Positions 37,050 through 49,694 of a stretch of 64,000 bases of DNA are shown here, piece after piece. The notes below the pieces were generated by a model. The model saw only the letters and a list, made by a program, of their open reading frames with translations. It searched no databases and had not been told where the DNA came from. This DNA is from Eledone cirrhosa (lineage: Eukaryota). The position numbers were made by a program, and so were the translations under genes. The stretch covers positions 148,862,001 through 148,926,000 of the forward strand of contig OZ024743.1 in NCBI GenBank assembly GCA_964016885.1, written 5' to 3'. Positions within the stretch are counted from its first letter, which is position 1. Each line of letters opens with the position of its first letter.

Positions 37050-38830
37050 TATTTAGTATAAGTATTGTCCAGTGACAAGACAATAAGTAGCATGTGTTGG
37101 TGAGAATCAAAAAAGTTGGAAAAATGTGTGTTTGGAATAATGCTGGCGTAATTAACCTCACCAATTTTCATAAGAGCCTGTAAATACTATTATGAGAGGC
37201 TGTTAAATGGGGAGAATATGAGGGACGACGATGCAACAGAGATAGTAGCTAATGCAATGAACAGTTACATGGTCAAAGAAGCCATTAAAGATATGAGAAC
37301 AGGAAAAGTTATTGGACCATCAGGAATAGCCACATAGATACTGTAAATATTGTACATGGTAGGGCTCAAGCTAGTTACTCACACGACCGGCTTGGTAATA
37401 AACAATGATGTGTTATTACAAATGACTGATTAGGTAGTATCATCATTAACTGCTACAAAGGTAAATGGGGTGCTCTGGAAAGGAGCAACTAGAGAGGCAT
37501 CAAACTACTAACTTAGGTTATGAAAGTGGCAGGAAAAGTGTTAGTATGAATGATTATGAATAGAATTAGTTTAGATGAGATTTAGTTTAGATTTGTGCTG
37601 TAACCTTGAAATCCTCTTCTTAGTGTGACAACTGCAAGAAAATTTCCCATCAAAGGGTAAGCTACTATATTAAGAATTCCTTGATTTGGAGACAACCTTT
37701 GATAGAGTATCGTAGTCTATAGTCTGGTGGCCTTTAAGAAAATTAGGTATAGTAAATGGTTGATGAGTCATGTACAGAGATGTTTTCTGGTCAGTGAGTG
37801 TGGGAAATGAGTATCAAAACTTGGTCCTCAGCCCCATCATGTTTATTGTAGTTCTCCTGTTCATTACAAAATAATTTAAAACTGGTTGGTTATGGGAGCT
37901 CCTGTATGCTGATGACCTTGGTCTAACAGTTGAATCTGAAAAAGATCTAAAGAGGACATTCCAGAATCTCTAAAATCAAAATGACCTTCAGTAAACTTAG
38001 TAAAAATTATAGTCTTAATAAGTAGAAGTGAAAAGAAAAAAAAAACATTACCATATGAGAAAAGGCTATTCATAATATGCAGAAAAGAGGGTAAGTTGTA
38101 ATTCTATGTGGTATTATTTAATATAAGGGCGGTGGATTGGCAGTATCGGTAGAGAGTCGGACGCCATGCTTTGAAGCATAGAGTTACGTCCCTTTATGAT
38201 CTGAGTTCAAATTCCGCCGAGGTTAACTTTGCCTTTCATCCTTACGGGGTCGATAAAATAAAGTACCAGTAATGTACTGGGTAATTGCTGGCCTTGTGCC
38301 AAAAGTAGAAACAATTATTTAATATAAAATATAAGCATTCAAGAGGTATAATAGGATCACAGTTTGGCACTGTATGAGGCAGACACACAGGAGTAATTAC
38401 CAGTAAGAATATCAGGGAAAAAGAACTTTTGCCAAAATAAGGAAGCCTCCATAAAAGCATCTGATACTTTCTGCTACCTATGTGATCTAATTAACAGTGG
38501 AAGAAGGTGCTCTGAAAGCATAGTAGCTAGAATAAGAAATGCTACTACCTCTGAAAGTTAGATTATATGATGTCTATGGTGTACACACTGTAATGTTACA
38601 TGGGAGTGAGATGTGGGTATTGAATACAGAGGATATATGAAGGTTGAACAAAAAAATAAATTGATCATTCTCTGTGGGCTGTGTAATGTTAGTGCGATGA
38701 ACAATAAAGGTCTAAGTTGAGATAAACGTGGGTATGAGAGGAATCAGGTGTTCACGGGAGAAGAGTGCAATAGCACAGACACAAAATGCATATGAATGAT
38801 AATCAGTGGATGATGAAGAGACTGCCATCA
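37050..38830 (+). mobile_element. Heavily degraded RTE LINE related to 4415-6640
   Basis: Colinear nucleotide similarity, e.g. AATTGCTACAAAAGTAAATGGG vs AACTGCTACAAAGGTAAATGGG, GTCCTCAGCCC, TATGCTGATGACCT. Confidence 0.8.
38127..38313 (+). mobile_element. SINE family S1, full length, 14-bp TSD
   Basis: TSD ATTATTTAATATAA at 38113-38126 and 38314-38327. Confidence 0.95.
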
Positions 38831-39112
38831 TAAATTTATGTAAGAAATGTTGTCAAGTTATGTTCAAGACAGCTTAATAAAGCAAAAGCTAGTTGAATTA
38901 TTAGCACCCTCCAGATTATTTGAAAATCATAGGCAGTGTCTTTCATCAGAAATATGGTTATGAAGGATGTTCCATTTTACAAACTATTTAGCAATCATTT
39001 CGAGTTGATTTCGTCCATGTTTGAGTTGATGGAATAAAGAAGTATACTGAATTATAGATCAATCGAATAATATTTAGAGGTTGCATACTTTCACATTTAT
39101 TTCATTTATAAT

Positions 39113-39301
39113 TGTTTCTACTTTTGGCACAAGGCCAGCAATTATCCCAGTGTATTACTGGTACTTTATTTTATCGACCCCGTAAGGATGAAAGGCAAAG
39201 TTAACCTCGGCGGGATTTGAACTCAGACCATAAAGGGCCATAACCCTTTGCTGCAAAGCATGGCGTCCGACCCTCTACCGATACTACCAATCCACCGCCC
39301 T
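39113..39301 (-). mobile_element. SINE family S1, full length
   Basis: TSD ATTTATAAT at 39104-39112 and 39303-39311. Confidence 0.93.
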
Positions 39302-39489
39302 TATTTATAATGATTTCTTTTTATTTGGCTTGTAGTATATTGTTTTTTGCAAACTCTTTACTGAGCCCAATGCAGAAACCACAAGACAGAATGAAACGAA
39401 ATGAAAATAAGCAGGAGGAATAGGTTCTAAAAACAATAATATTGGGGTTAAATAGAGAAACACTTTTTATAAATGAAATGTATAACCGC

Positions 39490-39790
39490 AAACAGCGCCT
39501 TTTGTCCTCCGGGGCACTTATTTCCATTACTCTGCAACAATTTTTAGTAAGAACTGTTTCTGATTTTCATCTTTTGAGGAATCATTAAACATCTTTATGA
39601 GATGAATATCTCTCTCAGCAATGTCATTTACAACTTTCAGAGCATCAACAGATGCTTTGTTATTGCTGTCAGTACAAAATTCCAAATTGTTTTGGACAAT
39701 TTTGTGCATGAAGACAAAGTTATTTGTATCCTTCGTAATGAAGTCACTCAGTTCTTTGTTGCCGAAAACCATTCCTTTCCTGTTGACCTT
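39490..39790 (-). pseudogene. DNA transposase C-terminal remnant (hAT superfamily, hATm-like; tentative)
   Basis: LKVVNDIAER.I.LI..FN...KDENQKQFLLKIV.E motif. Confidence 0.65.
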
Positions 39791-40167
39791 CTTCCTCCCC
39801 TTCTTTTTTTCTTTTGTTAGAATTTGAAAATTTTTTTTTTCTCATCCAGTTCAAGTCTATTGTCAAAAAAATGCCAACGCTACTAACACTTCTGAGAAGT
39901 ACCACTGGTGATGCCGAAGGAACATCTTTGCCACAGTTCCGATCTGGTACATTGGTAGCAGCTTCATCAAATCGATATTCTAACTGTTGATAAATTAATC
40001 GTCCTGTCTGTACTCCCAATAAACTGAAGACTGTAATGTGCATTGAATTTCCATCATCTTACCAAAGAAAATAGCGAAGTACTACACTATAATCACATAT
40101 CTTATATATATATATATATGTTACTTCAAAATATTAATAAATATAGACATTAATGTGATCAAATATA

Positions 40168-40229
40168 TTTTATTATACATATTTCGGAGGTACTGAGCTA
40201 TTTCATCAGTATGTCCTCATCAGATAAAA
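40168..40229 (-). ncRNA. Type I hammerhead ribozyme, family F-like
   Basis: UUUUAU-CUGAUGA-GGA..UACUGA...UCAGUA..UCC-GAAA-UAUGU-AUA^AUAAAA. Confidence 0.85.
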
Positions 40230-40235
40230 TAAATA

Positions 40236-40337
<102 letters not shown>

Positions 40338-40592
40338 CTCAGTTTGACAATCGCCACAAACAGACGAATGCGAGAAAGTTCTCCAACCCAAGTTAACTAG
40401 GAATCTCTAAAATTCTTCCCACCGAAGTTAACAAAGAACTTACTGGATCTACCAACTCATAATATTATAATATTATAAAATTAAATCCAAAAAATGTTTT
40501 AACACTACAAGTGAAGTCATTCTTTTCCTTTTTTTCAAATATATATATATATGGAGGAGGTTATAGTTCACTTGAAGCATTGTGTAATGTGG

Positions 40593-40937
40593 TATAAACG
40601 TTTGTATATGTATAATAAAGCCAAAACAATGCAGGTATGGACATAGAATAAAGAATGCAAATGCAAAAGATATTGTTGACAATTAGTCTTTTACCTGAGA
40701 TTTATTTAAATGTCCTAAATTTTCGAGATAATATCTCTTCTTCAGAGGGAATAAAGTTGTCAAACCAGTGTTCTAAATAGCTTTATTCCCTCTGAAGAAG
40801 AGATATTATCTCGAAAATTTAGGACATTTAAATAAATCTAAGGTAAAAGACTAATTGTCAACAATATCTTTTGCATTTACATTCTTTATTATATGTCCAT
40901 ACCTGCATTGTTTTGGCTTTATTATACATATACAAAC

Positions 40938-40944
<7 letters not shown>
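40593..40944. repeat. Inverted duplication, ~164-bp arms and 24-bp spacer, each arm carrying a minimal HHR motif (family H)
   Basis: 40593-40756 vs 40781-40944, near-perfect. Confidence 0.93.
40788..40823 (+). ncRNA. Ultra-minimal hammerhead, family H (mirror copy at 40714-40748 on minus)
   Basis: CCT-CTGAAGA-A-GAGAT att ATCTC-GAAA-AT-TT^AGG. Confidence 0.65.
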
Positions 40945-40998
<54 letters not shown>

Positions 40999-41137
40999 AT
41001 TTCGCTTCAAGCATAGCTTTATACAAATATGTATAGAAATTTCGTTTTTCTAAAGAAAAACGGTTTTAGGAAGCCGTAGCTATGCAAACACCGGGGCTAA
41101 CGCCCTCTGGTGGTGTCCAGCAGAAGCAAGGGGGACA

Positions 41138-41181
41138 ACCGTCTATGCATTTCAGGCTTGACTGACCTTCGTCAGGACGGT
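41138..41181 (-). ncRNA. Minimal type I hammerhead ribozyme, family I
   Basis: ACCGUC-CUGACGA-AGGU cagucaa GCCU-GAAA-UGC-AUA^GACGGU; palindromic AUGCAU helix III. Confidence 0.88.
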
Positions 41182-41457
41182 CCCTCCCACCGCTTGCAAC
41201 TGCTGGACTTGAAAACAGTCGAGAATATATAGTTTTTGTTTTTTGTCTGTGTAAATGAGGTGATTAATCTCATTTGCATATGAAGCTGCCTAAGTTGGCT
41301 CAACTTATAATCGAATATATATATATATACACATTCATATATACAATATTTGTACACATTCATATGTACGATTTAAATATACATACATATATACAATATA
41401 TATGTACTTGTCATAGCAGATGTAGAACTATACAAACAATGCCCGAGAGAATTATAA

Positions 41458-43526
41458 TGATAGTATGTAATTGCCACGTCTTTAAATGATTACCTCAATG
41501 TGTTTCTATAATATATATGTTTGAAGAAAAATAAGTTATTAGTGAGAACATTTGGAGGTGTAGACAAGAATATCAATGGAAAAATCAACTTCTTTAAGTC
41601 AAAAAATTATATTTATTCTCATACACATGTTTCAAAGGAGGTGTACATCCAATATTCTGAAATGTTGGGAAACATTTTGTATAATCTGTGTCTATATCTG
41701 CGTAGATATATAGCCATCCTGGTATATTCCTTCACCTCAGAGAGGTGATAAAATGTGAATGGATCATCAATTTTACCTTTGCCAGGAATGATGAACCTAA
41801 GTCATTTGTACAGAGTAAATATAAAAAAATGAAGAGTTTATCCATATGGTTCCTGTGTCAATATTTTACTAACTCTAAAGAGATAAAAATATATAAAAAT
41901 GTTTATTCCAAAACAAAAAACGAAGCTCATTTAACTTCTAGTAAAGGGAGATCATTCATGAAACTAACCCTCTTTGTATTTTTATCCTGAGTGTTAAGTA
42001 AACCAAATTAAAAAGAATAGCGTTTATCACCTAATAAGAACATTTAAATAAGGGGACGTTTTCCATACACAGATATACATATACTCATATAGACTCGTAA
42101 TAAGGATCTATATAATTGTTTATTGAAATTTTCCGTCATGCGTGGGTTATTGTTTCATACGATGAATAGAGCGTCGTTTCTATAAAAACCGCCTTGCTGG
42201 GTAGGAATTTCGTCTTCAAGTCTATGTAACAGGTATACACCTACTAAATCTGTGACTTTCACAGAGTCACTGGACCCCATCAAAGTTGTTGGGCCCTTTG
42301 GCTCTAGTCCACAAGGAACCACCGAACTCTATTATTGTGTGCCTACCTATTAGAATAATGTATATTTCTTTTTATTTAAATTTGGTTGAAATTCCCGGCA
42401 AAAATTAAAGCCTTATCTAAAATAATAGGAGAGATTGATATGTAATAGTTATCTAGGTCGAATTGTATGCATGTAAGCTTGTCCATGGTTTCAATATTTC
42501 TAAACCATTTTATAACCTCATCTATATGGCCTCAAAGTTTAAGGTTAATATTATCTTTTAATTTTGGTAAAATCGTATCTAATATTATTTTGGCTAATCT
42601 TGACTATATCTGAGGTAGAGGGGCTGATTTATATAATAGATGGGTTTTCATGGGAGGTGGATTTATGATCCTTAGGCATAAACCTAGGTGTCATATGTTT
42701 GTAAGGGTCGGTATATTTCTCAATATCTAAATCACTGATAATCAATGTTCACTTTCTATTAATGTCCGTTAATGTTTTTCTATGTGTTTTCTTATAGTTC
42801 TTAATCAGTTCATTTAGTATAAAGGATTCATAACGTCCGATATCAAGTTTATAAATGTTTTTGGTTTTATCAGCCAAAACATGATTACAATCCTGTTTTC
42901 TAATATTCATAATGGTAGTATCAAGATAGTTTAAGAAAGAGTTATATCTTTACTTCTTACGTTTACTGTTTTTATCATCCTAAATAAGTCTTGCTCAAAT
43001 GAGTAGAGCAAAGTGTTCTGAGATGGGTTCCTGCAGGTCGTGAAGCTGTATTTCTTCTTAGAAATAACATGTTCATTATTTCTTTTGTCGTGGCGAAAGG
43101 TTTTCCATCTCATACTCCTTATGAAAGAATTTTTACTATCGGTTAGTTGCTTTAGGTAAGATTTCCTGTCCGGAATTAGAATTGACACCAGTACAAGTTG
43201 TTTTTCCATCATTTTGGCGAATTGCAATATAAGGCTCGGCAATGAGGAGCTCAAATAGAAAAGATAGAACTACACAAACAATACTCGAAGGAAAGTAAAA
43301 AGTTGTGATGATAGTATGTAATTGCCATGTCTTTATAGGATTAGCTCGATGTGTTTCTATAATATAAGGGGTTGAAGAGAAAGAAGTTATTAGTGAGAAA
43401 AATGTGAAGATATAGGCATAAACACAGAGCAAATATAAACAAGAATATCAATGGAAAAATCAGCTTATTTCATTCAAATAGCCATATTTATTCTCATACA
43501 CATATTTCGAAGGACATGTACATCCA
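41458..43526 (-). mobile_element. Degenerate Penelope-like element, N-terminal/RT half, between ~200-bp direct repeats
   Basis: IPDRKSYLKQL....SFIRSMRWK.F N-terminus; PKDHK, VIKWF, QFDLDNYY, MGS and DDAL remnants at ~42150-43210; direct repeats 41458-41651 and 43309-43526. Confidence 0.8.
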
Positions 43527-44238
43527 TTATTTATTTATTCATTATTTGTTTTTCTTTTAACTGCTGGGAAACATTTCACATAATATTTATTTCGCATATC
43601 GTAATTTCTTCGCGGTGGCTGGCTTTAAGTGTTTTCTGTCCAAGTCATTTAGTTGACCATAACATTATTTTATGTTGTCTATCGTATCGGTATAGTTAGC
43701 AGAACACACGCACAAGCACATATACAAACAAATCACACGCATGTGTATACGAGTTCACACACATATGCACAGACATCCTTACACAGAAATACGTGCAACC
43801 ACCGGCAGAGATAGGGTTTCCAACATTTGCACGCATATCCAATTCACTGTGCGGTGGTTTTAGGTGGGGGCTATCAATGTAGTGATAGGGTGTACTGTAT
43901 CGTAATATTGTATACTATAAACGAATGTAATAGTGGAAATCACATATTAGCAATATCATGGGGTCGTAATATCTTAAGAGAGAAAGGGGGGGGGGTCGGG
44001 TTCTTATGAGTAGACTATTATAAACATGTTATGCTTTAGTCTTAGATGTGGAAATACACTGGTTATTCCTTTGTAAGAATAAATAGATATTAATTATTGA
44101 CACTGCAATGCGTCTAGTCATGGTATTGTAAGGATTTACCATTATCAAATTAATAGATTGAAGCTTATCGAGGATGTGTGGTGGGAAACTCATACTCCTG
44201 TAGGTGCATATGTGTATACCACACATGTATATATATGT

Positions 44239-44292
44239 ATCACGTTGTCCATACAGCTGTATATATATATACAGCTGTATGGACAACGTGAT
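44239..44292. repeat. Perfect ~54-bp palindrome centred on (TA)n
   Basis: ATCACGTTGTCCATACAGCTG-(TA)6-CAGCTGTATGGACAACGTGAT. Confidence 0.9.
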
Positions 44293-44413
44293 CGCGCCCA
44301 TAAATACATATATACACACGCAAATATACAAACACACATGTATGTATGTATGTATGTATGTATGTATATATATTAATTTATTAAAATAACAGATTTATAT
44401 AGATATTTATATA

Positions 44414-44903
44414 TGTAGCGACGTGGTTAGTCAGTCTGGTCACTACTTCTGATCAGATCCGAGAATAGCCCTTAAAGAGACTGTTATCGCATACGGTCTG
44501 ATCGGATCTGAGGGTAGCCCTTAAAAGGACTGTTGTCACATATGGTAAGGATGAACGTAAGACGAAAGCACAAGTTGAAAGGACGAGCAAGGCGAGAGAT
44601 GTCGTTTCGGTCAGCTATTTATTTTCATGCATGAAGTGACGATACAGAGGTACAAGGCGTGTGTGAGTGACAAGTGTGGCAGAGGAGAGGAACAACGATA
44701 CGCGAGCTGACTCTGCCAAAGTCGACTGGCGAAAGTGTTTGGAATCACTCTATTTATACAGAAATAATCGTTTGATGTTTAGCCGCTGCGTAGGCGTTTT
44801 ATTTTGGTGGATTTTAAGGGTTGTTTGTTTCACGGTGAGGTAGCTAGCTAAGCAGATAGATGGAGTTGTTTATTTCACAGATGTTATTTCCGGTGGCTGT
44901 ACA
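44414..44903 (-). mobile_element. Solo LTR (Gypsy-like), 490 bp
   Basis: TGTA...TACA termini with TATA on both sides; minus-strand TATAAATA (44751-44758) upstream of AATAAA (44618-44623); internal 2x49-bp tandem repeat at 44448-44545. Confidence 0.7.
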
Positions 44904-44962
44904 TATATATTTATCCTTATCGAGCCCTCTTCGGATTTTAGTCTTCACATTTATTACTATTA

Positions 44963-45008
<46 letters not shown>

Positions 45009-45479
45009 TTACATATGTATATACATATATATATATGCATACATATACTTACATATATATATATATAAATATATACATATACTTACATATATAATATACA
45101 TACATATACTTATATATACATATAAATATATATATATATATATATACATACATATACTTATATATATATACATACATACATATACTTAAGTATACATACA
45201 TACGTATATAATTTATTCTCATTTTAACTTATTTCTTAAACGAAAATCCCAATGCTCAATTCTACCGCGTAGGCAATAGTCACTTCCACTATTTTAGGCT
45301 TTCTGATGTAGTGTGATAAGTAATTAAGTATTGCATTGCATATTATTGAACAATATATATTTTAGTCAGCATATGTAGACGATTATAATAGACGCAGAAA
45401 CATAGAAACATATGTTAAAGCAAATGAATTCTTAATCTCCTTCATGCCGACGTTTATATTTATCTAGGGGCAATACTCG

Positions 45480-45609
<130 letters not shown>

Positions 45610-45654
45610 CATACATATATATATATGCATACATATACTTATATATATATATAT

Positions 45655-46260
45655 AAATACAAAAATGAGGTAAATATCTCATTGAGCACTAAGTACACAC
45701 TGAGATATATAGGGTGTCTACAATATAATTGTTGTTCTATGGTACTAATTAGAGATACCAGAACTATAAAAATTGATGAGCAGAACAAACAAACATTAAA
45801 CAATCCTTTAAATAAATTAAAAAATAATTTAAATATCTACCTGTTCATAATGCTATTACCGGCGGTTTCCATCCACAAAAGATTGGAAATTCGGAGAATT
45901 TCCAACAGAAAGTAGATTTCTTCAGATAGCTATTTCCATTCTATAGGACATTTGTCCCACGGTCAGCAAATATAATGCTAACTACCAGCACGTATGGGCT
46001 ATAGCCGTTAAAGTGACCCGTACGTGACCTGGCCACTAGAGCAAGCGGGAATATTATAGACTTGTTGATGGCTTGGCTGCTAAAAAAATAGCAGTAAACA
46101 ACAACGAATTTTTTCTCTACATAGATTGGAGAATATATAAAAATGAGGTAAATATCTCATTGAGCACTAAGTACACACTGAAATATATAGGGTGTCTACA
46201 ATATAATTGTTGTTCTAAAGGATTGTTTAATGTTTGTTTATTCTGCTCATTAATTTTTTA
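45655..46260 (-). mobile_element. HHR-bearing non-coding element, family D, with terminal direct repeat and short inverted tail
   Basis: ~45661-45738 is repeated at ~46140-46217; 46217-46258 is an inverted copy of ~45767-45809; (TA)n flanks. Confidence 0.8.
45852..45930 (-). ncRNA. Type I hammerhead ribozyme, family D
   Basis: GCUAU-CUGAAGA-[long stem II]-GAAA-CCGCCG-GUA^AUAGC; the closing pair of stem II is mismatched. Confidence 0.78.
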
Positions 46261-46654
46261 TATATAAATACATACATATACTTACATATATATATAAATA
46301 CATACGTATACTTAGATATATATATATATATATATAAATACATACATATATTTACATATATATATATATGCGCATGTGTTACATCCGGGTATCTGTGTGT
46401 GTTTTTATTTGTTTATTTACATGTTACTAGTTGGTTGTTTGTTCTATGAGTGTGTGTTTTCATTTTGTCCTTAATTATAAGTTGTGATGCTGCTATTCCA
46501 TTCATGTTTTCTATTTAATTGCCGTCGCAAGTTGATCAACAAACAGAAGCATAATTTACTATAGCTAGATCTAAACTTAGAATGATTTTAGAACAGTATA
46601 GCAAGAAACAGAATAAAAGGAAGGCCAGCAACTGGGAGAAAATCCGCAAATGGC

Positions 46655-48785
46655 TTGCGTAAGCTCATACAGCACTCACGTAATGGAGAGATTGCATGTT
46701 TTCCAACAGAAAAATCTGGGAAAATGTTGGTTGACAGTCTGTCAAACTACATCCAAGAAATGCAACCCCACATCACCGACTCAAGGGAGGTAACACCACA
46801 AGAGCATGGGGATAGGGAGAAAACCCTCAACGCTCATATGATGATGTGGACCAACATAATGCAACCCAATAAACGGACTGCCAACAACTTCCAGGCCTGG
46901 AACAATGACGTGCCAACGTGGTATGGGCTTCGAAAAGACCATAAGGCGAACCCAGTAACAGGACCACCAACACGGCCAGTCTGTGGAACTAACATTGCTA
47001 ACAACTACAGACTTTCCTACTTCCTCTCCCTGACCGTACGCCCTATCATAGAAATGTCCCCAAATATATATGTCAGCACGGAGGACCTTCTCAGCGGAAT
47101 CGGCGAAAGTAACCTGTTTAGGGACCTAACAGATTGTATAATAGGTAGTATGGATGTAGTGTCTCTATACCCATCCATTGACGTAGATTTTGCTGTGGAG
47201 AAATGAGTGGAAATGATCAGTGAGAGCGATGTTGAATTCCGTGGAATTGATACCAGTCAGCTGGGACTCCTACTTAAACTTATAAAGAATACCTAGATAC
47301 ACATGACCTTAGCAACCTCTGCTCCACAAGGCTAGAGACAGACCACCTACCATTACCTCAATGGCCAAGAAAACCACACAGAAAGATGGAACGGGTGGAC
47401 CAGAGTCATACGGACTCCCGAAAATCATGATGAACTAAAGAAAATGATTTCACATGCGGTGGGGGCCAGTATAAAACTAACCCTTAAAGAACATATGTTC
47501 AAATTTAATGGAAAAACATATGCCCAAGAGGAGGGAGTAGCCATTGGCGTTAGCATTGCAGGCTACATAGCTAACCTATTTATGGTATGGTGGGACAAAA
47601 ACTTAAGGAACAATTAGAAGACAACAATCTCTTAACCCTGATTATGTACTCCCGCTACGTTGATGGTATAAACATCGTAGTAAAAACACCCCACTAGAGA
47701 ACAGTCAGGAATTAGAGAAAAACACCATGGAAAGCATCCAGCAAATAGCTAACTCCATCCACCAGAGTATCAAAGTTACTATAGACTACCCAAGTAAACA
47801 CCCCAACCATCGATTACCTGTACTAGACACAGAGCTCTGGTTAGAAACCATTAATAACAAAAGACAAATCCTCCATTCCCATTATGCCAAACCCATGACT
47901 TCCAAATATCTGATCCACCGAAACTCAACTGTTTCGAATCACACCAAAATCAACATACTGATTGCGGATTTAGTAAGGGTGATGAGGAATGTGTCCCGCA
48001 TGTGCAACCCCAAAGAATTAGAGAGACACATACAACACTTCATCCACCTGTATGCAGTTCTCTGGCTACAATCAGAGAGACAAAATCAGAGTATATAGAG
48101 GAGCCAGAACCAAATGGGAAAAAATGATAGATAATGATACAAATAGGACCTGCCCCTTGTATAGGAGCAAATTATGGAATAGAATAGGAGGAACTAGGAA
48201 TAAGGTTAATAAAATAAACTCATGGTATGATAGCAATAAATACCAGAGTGTAATGTTCATCAATACAGCCCCTAGAGGTGAACTAGCTTACAAATTTAGA
48301 AGGGCCCTAGATAAACTTAAATAAAATATTAAGATAGTGGAAAGACCAGGTACCTCCATAAAGACACTAATTAGTAATACATACCCTTTTGAAAGACCTC
48401 CCTCTATAGATAGGAAATGCGTAATCTGTAAGCTAAGCCCTCATATTAACTGTAAAACTAGAAATATAGTATATAGCATAAGATGTACTGAAAGACAATG
48501 TAAAGATAAGAATATAGTGTACATAGGTGAGACAGTTCGTAGCATAGGAGAACGATTAAATGAACACTGGCGAGAACTCCAAGATAGAAAAGATCCATAA
48601 ATACTCCACCAACATGCTAAAATAGAACATAAGGGCAAATTAGAGAACATAGAGATAAAAATAGAATCTACACACAGAAAAGACGCAATGTTTAGACAAA
48701 TCACAGAGGCAATAAACATAAATGAACTCCAACCAAAATTAAATAGAAAACATGAATGGAATAGCAACATCACAACTTATAATTA
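46655..48785 (+). pseudogene. Disrupted Penelope RT plus GIY-YIG endonuclease
   Basis: YGLRKDHK, PTRPV, GSMDVVSLYPSI, Q.EGVAIG, RYVDGI, LPVLD, NIVYSIRC...YIGETVRSIGERLNEH, R...EAI.I....P.LN.K.E; stops and frameshifts. Confidence 0.92.
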
Positions 48786-48990
48786 AGGACAAAATGAAAA
48801 CACACACACACATAGAACAAACAACCAACTAGTAACATGTAAATAAACAAATAAATAAACAAATAAAAACACATACAGACACCCGGATGTAACACATGCG
48901 CAAGCTAAGCACACAACACACACAAAAACAAGATGGCGTAGGACAGAACAAAGGAGAGGCACAAAATAAAAAATAAAAAAAGAATCCCCA

Positions 48991-49033
48991 GTCACTGAAG
49001 AGATCACATAATGTGTGACGAAAGAACTTTGAC
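48991..49033 (+). ncRNA. Minimal hammerhead ribozyme in Penelope 3' pLTR, family B
   Basis: GTCA-CTGAAGA-G.TCACA taatg TGTGA-C-GAAA-GAA-CTT^TGAC. Confidence 0.75.
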
Positions 49034-49453
49034 AATATATGAACAACCATCCGGTTATAGAACCAACCGACCAACCAACCGGAAATTTATAATAAATTGA
49101 AGTGAAAACAACTGGTGCGTGTGTTTCTTATTGGCAACATGACCCTCCCAAATTATAACAATATCGGTCTCAACACAAATCCAGTTGCAGCCATTATCCT
49201 CATGGGTGCAACTGGATTTCGAATAATGCCATCGCTTAATACTTAAATATGAACATCACGGACGTGGCTTTTGCCTCCTGCTAGGGACATTCCTATGGTA
49301 GCAATGTCATGTATAGTAAAAAATGTCACATATCAAGCATTTTTATGTGAGGAAAGGTCTTGTACGGAGCCAATTTCACTCTCTGAACATCAAATGCATT
49401 TACCCAAAGAGTAGAACTAGTCTACATCGTTGGATACATATTTTACATCGGAG

Positions 49454-49549
49454 TGGCTTTCTAAAGAGATCTCTTAATGAAGACTAGGAATCTTCGCTCC
49501 ACACAAGAAACAAAAAATGAATGAAACAGTTCTAGTTCTGTAGAAGCCA
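49454..49549 (+). ncRNA. Degenerate hammerhead, family K, core mutated to CTAAAGA
   Basis: TGGCTTT...GAAA-CAG...CT-GTA^GAAGCCA; 3' half matches 30003-30040. Confidence 0.5.
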
Positions 49550-49613
49550 TTTCTATATTAAACTTGATACACACTCACTCACACACGCATATATATATAT
49601 ATATATATATACT

Positions 49614-49694
<81 letters not shown>

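Larger units (their letters stand above)
46369..49180 (+). mobile_element. Penelope-like retroelement with 3' pLTR and inverted 5' copy
   Basis: 46369-46520 is the reverse complement of ~48735-48902; RT and GIY-YIG remnants lie between them. Confidence 0.92.
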
